A stretch of 62,631 nucleotides of DNA, the filler included. It is 6 parts of 6 records of this genome, joined end to end, with 100 filler letters (N's around TTAATTAATTAA, not from the genome) between each part and the next. Parts side by side here need not be neighbours in the genome. Positions count along the whole stretch, not along the records: positions 20,497 to 41,644 come from SRR22947725_2630; positions 41,745 to 50,636 come from SRR22947725_2632; positions 50,737 to 56,556 come from SRR22947725_2633; 3 more parts are not named here. The stretch is one strand, 5' to 3'. The translations under genes were made by a program, and so were the position numbers. This document shows positions 40,439 through 50,903 of the stretch, one piece after another (positions within the stretch are counted from its first letter, which is position 1; each line of letters starts with the position of its first letter). Under the pieces are notes generated by a model. It searched no databases. It worked only from the letters and a program-made list of their open reading frames with translations, and was not told the origin of the DNA.

Positions 40439-41644
40439 GATTTAACTCTCAAAAAGTAACGTTTATCAATGGCAGCAAAAAGAGCCCCAAGTGCAATCAT
40501 TAGGCCACCTAACCATATCCAACGAACAAGCGGCTTATAATATATTCTAACGCTCCAAGCCCCGCCTCCCAAGCCCTCGCCGAGAGCAACGTAGAGGTCT
40601 CTTGTGATAGAGGGATCAATCGATGCTTCAGTCATGGGCATACCTGTTTGGTAATAACGTTTTTCAGGACTTAGCTGAGCCACTTTTTTAGTATTTTTAA
40701 AGACAGTAATATCCCCAATAAAGCCAGAGTAATTCTCTTTTGAGTGAGGGCTCACACCATTAAAAACAAAGTCATGTCCTGCTATCGTTTGAGTTTCTCC
40801 AATATTCATCTTGATATCTTTTTCAATACCAAGTTGAGTTGTCACAGTCGCTCCAAGGACAAAAACAGCAATTCCAAGATGCGCAAGAATCATTCCAATG
40901 AATGACATAGAAAGCTTTGCTTTAGATCGCAGTCTTTTTATGAATAAAACCAAGACATGGTTAACGACCCATATGAATAGACCAACTGCAACTAGAACAA
41001 AAATATTGTCCGTGATGAAAACCCATGACAGGAAAGTTAATAGAACAACACAGATCCATTCAAACTTTAATAAATTAAAAACCCTTGATAATGAATCTTT
41101 CTTCCAACGGATATAAGGGAATACTGCTAGCGCGATGACGCCAGGAATCATAATGGGCACAAAAACTGCATTGAAATAGGGTGCTCCAACTGAAATTTTT
41201 CCAAGATTGAGAGTATCTAAAATGAGGGGATAAAGCGTACCCAAAAGGACACTTAGCATTGCAGTTACAAGCAAAATGTTATTAATAAGAAGCCCCGTCT
41301 CCCTTGAGAGTAATGAGAATGGGTTACTCTGCTGTAATAAGCTAGAGCGCCATGTATAAAGAATCAATGACCCTCCAATCACAACGAATAAAAAAATAAG
41401 AATAAAGAGTCCTCTCGTTGGATCGGTTGCAAAAGCATGTACAGATGTTAGAACCCCAGAGCGAACAAGAAATGTTCCTAGCAGGCTTAATGAAAAGCCT
41501 CCAATAGCCAAAAGTACCGTCCACTGTTTAAATGCTCCTCGCTTCTCACTTACACTTAGAGAGTGAACAAGCGCCGTTGCAACAAGCCAAGGCATGAATG
41601 ATGCATTTTCCACGGGATCCCAAAACCACCATCCTCCCCAACCA
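40435..41644 (-). CDS. ccmF: Heme lyase CcmF (5' truncated)
   Basis: GWGGWWFWDPVENASFMPW at the contig edge, GTFLVRSG.LTSVHAFA, KPLVRWIW. Confidence 0.95.
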
Positions 41645-41744
41645 NNNNNNNNNNNNNNNNNNNNNNNNNNNNNNNNNNNNNNNNNNNNTTAATTAATTAA
41701 NNNNNNNNNNNNNNNNNNNNNNNNNNNNNNNNNNNNNNNNNNNN
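41645..41744. other. Artificial contig linker
   Basis: N-run + TTAATTAATTAA + N-run. Confidence 0.98.
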
Positions 41745-41986
41745 CCTGTTTCATTTATGAATTCTTTAAATTTTTTATTAGTTACAACTGTGATATCCAT
41801 AAAAAACCCATCAATTTTAACTTTATGGCGTGGTTTTTCGTGTTGCATTGCATATTGATCACTGTCTATAGCCCCTTGCTCAAAAGTTCCACCTGGAATC
41901 CAAACCATACCTTCAGGGGCTGAAGGAATACTTGTTTCACAACCAATTAAAGTTAGACAGATTAGTACTTTAAAAATATTTTTCAT
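41745..41986 (-). CDS. Formylglycine-generating enzyme (SUMF1) family lipoprotein, 3' truncated
   Basis: GMVWIPGGTF..G, E.P.H.V.IDGFFMD...VTN..F..F. Confidence 0.85.
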
Positions 41987-41988
41987 TC

Positions 41989-44900
41989 TTAATTAGTTTT
42001 ATCTTCTCTTACCTCTTTGGGAAGAACTCCATATTGAAGTTTAAAGCATTTTGTAAAATAAGAAGGGGAGGAGAAACCTACTTTGTAACATATTTCACTT
42101 ATTGAAAATTCTGAATTTTCAAGAATTTCTTTTGATTTTTCTAACCTTACATTTCTGATGAATTCATTTGCAGTCAACCCTGTTAAAGCTTTTATTTTTC
42201 TATATAATTTACTTCTGCTAAGCAAAAGTTCATCGGCAAGATTTTCAACATTTAGATTATTGTCACTAATATTCTTGTTTATGTAGTTAAGTACATTTGT
42301 AATAAATTCTTGATCTAAAGAAGTTGTATTTTCAGAAAAATCAATTCCGCTTAGATATTTTTTGAAAAGAATTTTTCTAGATGAAATTAATTGCTTCAAA
42401 TGCGATTTTAACACATTCATGTTAAATGGTTTTTGAAGGTAAACGTCAGCACCAGAATCAATTCCCTTAATTTTATCAATTTCCATCCCTTTAGCTGTAA
42501 TCATCATTATAGGAATGTGACTTGTTCTTAAGTCATTTTTAATCATTTTACATAGTTCAATACCATCCATAATAGGCATCATGACATCTGTTATAATAAT
42601 ATCAGGAATGTGTTTGTTAGCAAGTTCAAATCCTATTTTACCATTTTCAGCGAGTAAAATATTGTAACTTATACTCAATTCATTTTTTAGATATGATCTA
42701 AGTTCCGAATTGTCATCAATAATTAGAAGTTTTTTATCTATAGATTTGTTATTTGAACTTTCAATAGCTGTTAATTTAGTTATTAAATTATCATTTGTAT
42801 TAACTTTAGCTCTTTCTTTATTATTTATAATTTCTAAGTGTGAATTACCTCTCGGTAATTGTATTTTAAATTGAGTTCCAATATTTAATTTGCTAGATAC
42901 TTCAATTTTACCTTTGTGTAATTCTATGAAGTTTCTAACTACTTCTAGTCCAATTCCGGTTCCTCCGTAATATTGCTTGTCAAATTCTGTAACTTGATAG
43001 AATCTGTCAAATATTTTAGTAATATTCTCTTTTTTTATACCAGCTCCAGTGTCTTCAATAATTATTTCAATACATTCTAATAATTTTTCAGAATCAACTA
43101 ACGGAAAATTTACTTTTGTATTTTTTTTATTTATGAATATAGATACCATCCCGTTAGTGGGGGTAACTTTAAATGCATTAGATAATAAATTAAATATTAT
43201 TTTTTCTAACATAGATGGATCAACCCAAATGTTTATAGGCTTCTCTGAATAATCAACAGATAATATTATATTTTTTTCATTGGCTTCTTCTTCAAAATGG
43301 CTTGAAACTTCTTCAACAAATGGAATTAGATCAATTTTTGAAGCATTTATAGACATCATATTGAATTGTAGTTTTCTAAAATCCATAAGTTCATTTATAA
43401 GTCTAGATAATCTATTTGAGTTCTTATGAATAATTTTTAACTTATTTTTTGTTGCTTCAGACAGACTGTTGAAATCTCCATTAATTATATCATTTAAAGG
43501 ATTAAGTATTAGTGTTAATGGTGTTCTAAATTCATGAGATATATTAGTAAAGAATTGTATTTTTTTTGAGTTTAGAGCTTCTAATTGCTTATGCTCCTCT
43601 CTTTCAAATTTTAATGTTCTTCTTTCTCTTATTCTTTCGATTATAACTCTGTAAGATAAATATGATATAGTCATTAAAGTTAATAAGTAAACTAGCCAAG
43701 CTAAATTACTATTCCACCAAGCCGGTAAAATTTCTATATTTAACTCTGTAGGGGTTTCATTCCAAAGGCCATCATTGTTAGAAGCTTTAACTTTAAAAAT
43801 ATAATTACCAGCAGGAACATTTGTGAAAGTAGCATTAGTTTTTGAACCTACATAATTCCATTTTTCATCAAAACCCTCAAGTAGATATGCATATTGGTTA
43901 TTTTCGCTTCTAGTATAATTTACCCCTACATATTCTATACTAAAGAATGATTGATTGTAATTTAATGTTAATTTATCTGTCGTACTTAATGATTTCTTAA
44001 GAGGAGATTTTATATCATCTATTAATACTAATTCATTAGCTAGCTTAAGATCTTTTAAATAAACCTGAGGTAACTCTTCATTATATTGAATATTTTCTGG
44101 ATTAAAATAATTTACACCATTTAAACCACCAAAATATAATAATTCTGCATCTTGAAATACAGAATTATAGTTAAATTTATTTGAAGACAATCCATCTTCT
44201 TTATTAAAATTTGTGAAATGGTTTTCAGTAGGGTTAAATTTTGTTAGCCCTTTATTTCCTGAAATCCATATGTTTCCGTTTTTATCTTGAGTGATCGAAG
44301 ATATAGACTCATGAATAAAGCCATTTTCATTATTATACCAAATAATTTTATCATTATTATAATTATACTTAAACAAGCCGTAGTCTAATGAGCCTATCCA
44401 TATGTTATTTGAGTCATCTTCAAATAGACTAAATACTATGGTAGAGGTAATATCTTCACCTAAGATTGTTTTAAATCTATCATTAAATGGAGTTATATTA
44501 AAATTTTCATTTTCTCTCTTATTAATTCTATATAACCCTGATCTAGTACCGATCCACACGTTATCTTTATTGTCAACCAATACTTTACGAATATTACTAG
44601 TGTTAATGTTATGTTTAACAAATTCTGAGTTATTGTAATGTGTTACTTTGTTACTATATGTATTGTAAGAATGCAAACCACTAAAAAATGTGCCAATCCA
44701 TATATTGCCCTTGGAGTCTTCAGCAAAGCTCATGACTTTATCAGATTTTAATTTGCTATTATTCTTTTTTATATTTTTAAATCGCTTACTATTTTTTGAT
44801 AAGATATAAAATCCTGACTCCCAGGTTCCAATTAATATATTACCCCTTGAATCTTTATAAATTGAAGTGGTCTCAAGGTTGTCTAGCCCATTTGCTATAT

Positions 44901-46113
44901 TATTATTTTTATTAATTAAGTTGGTAAATTCACGTGTGTTTTTATTGTAAACATCAACACCACTTTCAGTAGTACTTAACCACAATCTATCTTTATGATC
45001 TTTGATAATTCCTGTTACTGAACTTGAGCTTAAGGAATTTGAATATCCTGTTATGCTACTTATGGATTTAAATTTGTTATAACTTTCGTTATAAACATCA
45101 ATTCCATTATTAAAATATCCAAGCCATATTCTGTTTTTGTTATCTGAATAAATAGACCATATTGAGTTTGATTTGATTCCGTTAGGGATATTTTTATCAA
45201 ATTTATAGTTTACTACTTTATTGTTTTTAATGTCAATTTCAAATAACCCGTCATTCTCTGTTCCACATAATATTCTTCCATTTTGTTTTAGAGAAAGAGA
45301 TAAAATTCTCTTCTTAGTTATTGCTAAGTTTTCGATTGTATGAATATCATTTTGTTTTGATATTTTAATAAGACCTTTACTAGAAGTTCCTAACCAAATA
45401 TTTTTATTATTGTCAATTACAACTGATTCTATTGATGAATTAATAATCTCATACTTATTGCTTAAATCAAGTTTAGTTGGTTGTAAAACATCATTATATG
45501 GGTCATAGGTCATTAAGCCATGGTTTGTTCCAACAAAAAACTCTCCTTCATTTGTCTTAACAATTGAATTAATCAATAAGCTTGAAACGGAATTGTTTGA
45601 TTTATATAGAATTCTCTTAAATTTATAATTGTTCTTGTTTAGCTTTAAAAGTCCATTCTGGTGAGTGCCAACTATTAAAGTACTATCGTTAAATTCTTTA
45701 ATTGCGTGGGTAGCAAATTTAACTTCTTGATTATTTTCTTTAAAGCTGACAGAATTAAATTTGTCCAGTTCACGATCATAAATATTAATACCTTCCTGAG
45801 TTCCAGCCCATATATTATTGTGATTATCCATGAGCAAAGTATGAATGAATGAACTATTTAGTGAGTTAACATTACTAATGGCTTCTTTTTTATAGTTCTT
45901 AAAATCTAAACTATTGTATTTGAAAACCCCATCTCCAGCTGAACCTAACCAAAGCATACCATCATTATCTTTAATAATTGTAGAAATAGTAGTTTGATTT
46001 ATATCTTCACTTAATGGTATGAATTCATAATCATTTTTATATTGACTGTATCCTATATTTATCAGAGAAACATATAGATATAATAAAATGTGATGTTTTA
46101 AATTATTTTTCAT
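41989..46113 (-). CDS. Hybrid two-component sensor/regulator (beta-propellers, Y_Y_Y, HisKA, HATPase, REC, AraC)
   Basis: Repeated D..GNIWIGT motifs, QYAY.LEGFD..W, SHEFRTPL, GGTGIGL, DIIITDVMMP, GFSSPSYF.KCFK. Confidence 0.95.
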   Translation of the reverse strand: MKNNLKHHILLYLYVSLINIGYSQYKNDYEFIPLSEDINQTTISTIIKDNDGMLWLGSAGDGVFKYNSLDFKNYKKEAISNVNSLNSSFIHTLLMDNHNNIWAGTQEGINIYDRELDKFNSVSFKENNQEVKFATHAIKEFNDSTLIVGTHQNGLLKLNKNNYKFKRILYKSNNSVSSLLINSIVKTNEGEFFVGTNHGLMTYDPYNDVLQPTKLDLSNKYEIINSSIESVVIDNNKNIWLGTSSKGLIKISKQNDIHTIENLAITKKRILSLSLKQNGRILCGTENDGLFEIDIKNNKVVNYKFDKNIPNGIKSNSIWSIYSDNKNRIWLGYFNNGIDVYNESYNKFKSISSITGYSNSLSSSSVTGIIKDHKDRLWLSTTESGVDVYNKNTREFTNLINKNNNIANGLDNLETTSIYKDSRGNILIGTWESGFYILSKNSKRFKNIKKNNSKLKSDKVMSFAEDSKGNIWIGTFFSGLHSYNTYSNKVTHYNNSEFVKHNINTSNIRKVLVDNKDNVWIGTRSGLYRINKRENENFNITPFNDRFKTILGEDITSTIVFSLFEDDSNNIWIGSLDYGLFKYNYNNDKIIWYNNENGFIHESISSITQDKNGNIWISGNKGLTKFNPTENHFTNFNKEDGLSSNKFNYNSVFQDAELLYFGGLNGVNYFNPENIQYNEELPQVYLKDLKLANELVLIDDIKSPLKKSLSTTDKLTLNYNQSFFSIEYVGVNYTRSENNQYAYLLEGFDEKWNYVGSKTNATFTNVPAGNYIFKVKASNNDGLWNETPTELNIEILPAWWNSNLAWLVYLLTLMTISYLSYRVIIERIRERRTLKFEREEHKQLEALNSKKIQFFTNISHEFRTPLTLILNPLNDIINGDFNSLSEATKNKLKIIHKNSNRLSRLINELMDFRKLQFNMMSINASKIDLIPFVEEVSSHFEEEANEKNIILSVDYSEKPINIWVDPSMLEKIIFNLLSNAFKVTPTNGMVSIFINKKNTKVNFPLVDSEKLLECIEIIIEDTGAGIKKENITKIFDRFYQVTEFDKQYYGGTGIGLEVVRNFIELHKGKIEVSSKLNIGTQFKIQLPRGNSHLEIINNKERAKVNTNDNLITKLTAIESSNNKSIDKKLLIIDDNSELRSYLKNELSISYNILLAENGKIGFELANKHIPDIIITDVMMPIMDGIELCKMIKNDLRTSHIPIMMITAKGMEIDKIKGIDSGADVYLQKPFNMNVLKSHLKQLISSRKILFKKYLSGIDFSENTTSLDQEFITNVLNYINKNISDNNLNVENLADELLLSRSKLYRKIKALTGLTANEFIRNVRLEKSKEILENSEFSISEICYKVGFSSPSYFTKCFKLQYGVLPKEVREDKTN

Positions 46114-46327
46114 CTATCCAATGATAATTATCTTTTAGCTAAATTCAAATTTTTTTAAGTAATAAATTAACAGATATTGATATTTAAAATATCATTTTTT
46201 TTGATTTGATATTTGTTTTTTTTATTTGCTTCAAATATTATATAAATTGACGTATGATTTACAAATTATATATCAACTTAAAAATTAATATTTGTTACTT
46301 TTAAAAAAGATTGATTAAATTATTGAA

Positions 46328-47800
46328 ATGAAGGTAAATTTAAATAATGGAAGAAAATTAAGCTTTAAAATTTTGTTTGATAAAATAATAGTAATTGTTT
46401 ATTCTTTATCTCTTTTAAGCTTTATTTCTACCTCTGAAATTATTTCCAAAGAGGTTCTTAGTGACGAAAAACCTAACTTTATTTTTTATCTAGCAGATGA
46501 TCAAGATAAATTAGATTATGGAACTTACGGAAATCCAAATGTTGAGACATCAGCTGTAGATAGATTAGCCAGCGAAGGAATAAAATTTAATAATTTTTAT
46601 ACTGGACAAGCTATATGTGCACCTACAAGATCGCAGATATTTACTGGGAAATATCCTATAAAAAATGGGTGTTTCGTTAATCATATAGGAGTTAAACCAG
46701 GAACTGAAACAATAATTTCATACTTAGAAAAAGAAGGATATGAGGTTGTCCTTGCAGGCAAAAGCCATGTTAAACCGAATTCTGTATTTAAATGGTCTAG
46801 ATATCTAGATTTGATTAAAATTGGAAACTCTAAACCTAGGTATTTACCACTATCTAAAATTGAAAACTATATATCTAAAGTTGATAAGCCGTTTTGTATA
46901 ATTATAGCTTCAACATTTCCTCATGGCCCTTATCCAAAATCAAACGATTATAATAGTCATGATATTTTCAAGCTTCCATACACAGGAAAAAATATACCAA
47001 ATTACAAAACAGGCTATTATCAAAATATTAAGGAAGATAACTCTCAAATTAATAAAATTTTAGATATAGTTGACAGATATAATTTAAAAAATAATTCTTT
47101 ATTTATTTATGCTGCTGATCATGGTATTTCAGGAAAATGGGGACTTTCTGAACAAGGACTTAAAGCTCCTTTTATTGTACGTTGGCCTGAAAAGATTAAA
47201 GCTAATATTGAATCAGATGTTGTTCTTTCCTTCGTTGATGTAGTTCCTACATTTCTAGATATTATTGGCGCTCAAATATCTGATGATATTGATGGATCAA
47301 GTTTTTATGAAACTTTATTGGGTGATGAAAAAGAAATACATGAATATATATATGGTTTATCTACCATGCAAAATATTCAAAAATGTAAAGTTTTTCCATC
47401 TAGAATGGTAAGAGAAAAGAAATTTAAATACATTAAAAATTTCAATTCAATTGAAGTTTATAAAAATAATTTTGGAGATAATGAAGTGGTTAATCAGTTT
47501 ATTGAAATTGGTGCAAAATCATTTCCTAACAAACCTTTCGAAGAACTTTATGACTTAGAAAAAGATCCTTTTCAAAAAAACAATTTAGCAAATAACATCA
47601 AATATCAACAAGTAAAAAATAAACTTGAGTTAGCTCTTAAAAACTGGATGATTTCTCAAAATGACATTTTAATCACACATAAAATGCCTTTAATAAAACC
47701 AACTTTACATCCTTTGGATAGAAAATCTAAATGGAATAATGTTAGTGTTGATTTAGAAAATAAATTAAATGAAAATGATTATATCGAATTACACTATTAA
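46328..47800 (+). CDS. Cys-type sulfatase (sulfamidase-like)
   Basis: KPNFIFYLADD, CAPTR, GKSH, ADHG, EELYDL..DP; start uncertain. Confidence 0.9.
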   Translation: MKVNLNNGRKLSFKILFDKIIVIVYSLSLLSFISTSEIISKEVLSDEKPNFIFYLADDQDKLDYGTYGNPNVETSAVDRLASEGIKFNNFYTGQAICAPTRSQIFTGKYPIKNGCFVNHIGVKPGTETIISYLEKEGYEVVLAGKSHVKPNSVFKWSRYLDLIKIGNSKPRYLPLSKIENYISKVDKPFCIIIASTFPHGPYPKSNDYNSHDIFKLPYTGKNIPNYKTGYYQNIKEDNSQINKILDIVDRYNLKNNSLFIYAADHGISGKWGLSEQGLKAPFIVRWPEKIKANIESDVVLSFVDVVPTFLDIIGAQISDDIDGSSFYETLLGDEKEIHEYIYGLSTMQNIQKCKVFPSRMVREKKFKYIKNFNSIEVYKNNFGDNEVVNQFIEIGAKSFPNKPFEELYDLEKDPFQKNNLANNIKYQQVKNKLELALKNWMISQNDILITHKMPLIKPTLHPLDRKSKWNNVSVDLENKLNENDYIELHY

Positions 47801-49451
47801 TAATTTTTTAAAATTATTATTATTTATAACTTTTATTTATTCTTTAAATTCTTATTCTAAGACTTCAGATGAAAAATTAAATGTGATATGGATTTCTTGT
47901 GAGGACATGGGACCTGTTTTAAGCTCTTATGGAGTTAAAGAAATTTCAACCCCTAACATTGATAAATTAGCCAAAGAAGGCATTAAATACACTAACGCTT
48001 ATTCCACTGTTGGAGTTTGTGCACCAAGTAGATTTTCTATAATCACAGGGATGTATCCCGCAAGATTAGGAGCTCATAATATGAGAACTGGTAACTTTTA
48101 TACATACAAAGATCCAGATAAGTTAACTTATAAGCAAAATAAAGGAGTTATTGATAAATCTGGTATAAATGTTCCTGAATATGAAGTTGTTACACCAACT
48201 AACATTAAAGCTTTTACAGAGTATTTAAGAAATGAAAATTACTATTGCATTAATAATAATAAATGTGATTATCAATTTAATTCTCCATTTACTGCATGGG
48301 ATGAAGTCAGCGGAAATATATCTTATAAGGATAGACCTAAAAATACTCCTTTTTTTTATGTAAAAAATTTGATGGTTACCCATGAATCTAGAATTTGGCT
48401 AAGGAAAAATGAACCAATAACAGTAAATAAAGATATTTTAAAAATACCTGCTTATTACCCTGATATACCAGAAGTTAGAAATGATATAGCTATTAAATAT
48501 TCTAATATTCAGGAAATGGATAGACAAGTAGGTGAAATAATTAGTGATTTAGAAAAGAACGACCTTTTAGATAAAACCATAATATTTTTCTGGAGTGATC
48601 ACGGCGGTAATCTTCTTAGACAAAAAAGAGCTGTTGGAAACAGTGGATTGAAGGTTCCTTTAATTATTAGATTTCCTGACGGTTATAGATCTGGTGAAGT
48701 TGATAACAGAATCGTATCATTAATGGATTTGGGTCCAACCACAATGTCTCTTTTAGGAATCAAACCACCTTCTTTTTTAGATGGTAAGGCTTTTTTAGGA
48801 AAGTATAAGACAAAACCAAGAAATTATGCTTTTGGATCAGCTGATAGATTTGATGAATCTACTGACATGCAAAGGTCTGTTATTGATGGTAGGTTTGTTT
48901 ATATTAAAAACTTCATGCCTGAACTCCCATTAATTTACAGAAATAAATATCGCGAACAAGTTTCTATGAATAAGAAGATTATTCAGATGGATAGAGACGA
49001 TGAATTGATTGGAGATTCTAAATATATCTTTATGAAATCTAAACAAGATGAAGAATTATATGATTTGAAATTTGACCCGTACGAAGTTGATAATATTGCA
49101 AATAACCCTGATTATAAAGATAAATTGATTGAATTAAGAAATGCTTTAAACACTTGGCAATATGAAATTGATGATAAGGGTTTTACAAATGAATCAGAAT
49201 TGATAAATGAATTTTGGCCAAATATGATTCAGCCAATTACCAAGCCTGTGGAAATTACTGTTTCAGACAATGTTATTTCGCTTAAATGTGAAACAAAGGG
49301 AGCATCCATCGGATATCAAATTGGAGCTCAAATTGGTTCACAAAATTGGAAATTATATAACAAACCTTTTGATCTTTCATCCAATCAAAAATTAGCAACT
49401 AGAGCAATTAAAATTGGTTATAAAGCTTCAACTATCTCAAACTTTAATTAA
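47769..49451 (+). CDS. Cys-type sulfatase with C-terminal extension
   Basis: NVIWISCED, CAPSR, SDHG, DRFDE, EELYDL..DPYE. Confidence 0.9.
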   Translation: MKMIISNYTINNFLKLLLFITFIYSLNSYSKTSDEKLNVIWISCEDMGPVLSSYGVKEISTPNIDKLAKEGIKYTNAYSTVGVCAPSRFSIITGMYPARLGAHNMRTGNFYTYKDPDKLTYKQNKGVIDKSGINVPEYEVVTPTNIKAFTEYLRNENYYCINNNKCDYQFNSPFTAWDEVSGNISYKDRPKNTPFFYVKNLMVTHESRIWLRKNEPITVNKDILKIPAYYPDIPEVRNDIAIKYSNIQEMDRQVGEIISDLEKNDLLDKTIIFFWSDHGGNLLRQKRAVGNSGLKVPLIIRFPDGYRSGEVDNRIVSLMDLGPTTMSLLGIKPPSFLDGKAFLGKYKTKPRNYAFGSADRFDESTDMQRSVIDGRFVYIKNFMPELPLIYRNKYREQVSMNKKIIQMDRDDELIGDSKYIFMKSKQDEELYDLKFDPYEVDNIANNPDYKDKLIELRNALNTWQYEIDDKGFTNESELINEFWPNMIQPITKPVEITVSDNVISLKCETKGASIGYQIGAQIGSQNWKLYNKPFDLSSNQKLATRAIKIGYKASTISNFN

Positions 49452-49557
49452 ATTAAACCACCTATAATTTTCTTTCATTTAATTATTAATCTCAAATATT
49501 ATAGTAATCGATCAAATTTTACTATATTTTTTTTCAATATTAATTTATTTTAGTTGT

Positions 49558-50636
49558 ATGAAATATAAACTCAAACTAATACTAATAATTGTTGTATTAA
49601 GTCTTCACAGCAATACTTTTCTTGGACAAAATAACGAAAAGCATAATTTTCTTTTTATTTCAGTTGATGATTTTAGACCTGAGATTAATTCTTACGGAGT
49701 TAAAAAAATGATTACTCCAAATATTGATAAACTTGCTTCTGAAGGAATACAATTTAATAATGCATTTACTAATATTTCTGTATGTGGTGCTAGTCGTGCA
49801 AGTTTAATGACTGGAATAAGACCAAGTCAATCTCGTTTTAATGATTACACTTCGAGAGCCTCTATTGACACACCTGATGCTATTTCATTAAATCAAATAT
49901 TTAAAGAAAACGGATATGAGACAATTTCTTATGGAAAAATTTATCATCACTCAGATGATACTGCAGAATACTGGTCAGAAACTGATGGAGGAGCGCACCA
50001 AGCAGATTATCAAGACCCAGTTTCTGTAGAAAGAAAACGTAATGGAGAAATTGGTGAACATGGTAGAAAAGGTCCCGCTTTTGAATACCCAGAAGTAGAT
50101 GATTATGCATATAATGATGGGAAAATCACAAAAAGAGCTTTAAATAAGCTTAAAATTTTAAAGGATGAAAATAAACCATTTTTTATGGCTGTTGGATATG
50201 TTTCTCCCCACTTACCGTTCATTCAACCAAAGAAATATTGGGATATGTATGATCATAGTGAAATTCAATTAGCTGACAACCCTTATCAGCCAACAAACTC
50301 TCCTTACATAGCAATGCATGCTCAGCATGATTCTGCAGAGTTACGTGGGATGTATTTAGATATTCCAAGTAAAGGATTATTAAGTGATGAGCTTTCAAAG
50401 AATTTAATACATGGTTATTATGCTAGTGTTACTTACATGGATGTTCTTATTGGAGAATTAATTAATGGATTAGATGAACTAGGTTTGAGAGAAAATACAA
50501 CAATTGTATTATGGAGTGATCATGGTTATTTTTTAGGGGAACACGGATTTTGGTGTAAGCACAGCACATTTCAAGAAGCTGCGAAAATCCCACTTATTAT
50601 TTCTTCACCTAATTATGTGCAAAATAAAAAGACTGA
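49558..50636 (+). CDS. Iduronate-2-sulfatase-like sulfatase (3' truncated)
   Basis: NFLFISVDDFRP, CGASR, GKIYH, PHLPF..PKKYWD, WSDHG..LGEHG.W.KH. Confidence 0.9.
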
Positions 50637-50736
50637 NNNNNNNNNNNNNNNNNNNNNNNNNNNNNNNNNNNNNNNNNNNNTTAATTAATTAANNNNNNNN
50701 NNNNNNNNNNNNNNNNNNNNNNNNNNNNNNNNNNNN
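50637..50736. other. Artificial contig linker
   Basis: N-run + TTAATTAATTAA + N-run. Confidence 0.98.
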
Positions 50737-50903
50737 ATTTTGGGCGAAGTTTTGAAGTACTTAAATGGGTTTTCTGTTGTCATTCATAAAAATTAGGCAT
50801 CAACAAATGGGACGTCAAGTTTGTCTGACAACACCAGATTGTTTTTGAAACGACAAAAGTTGACGGCCGAGACAGCGTCAAAACATTTTCTGTTCAAGGG
50901 CAG

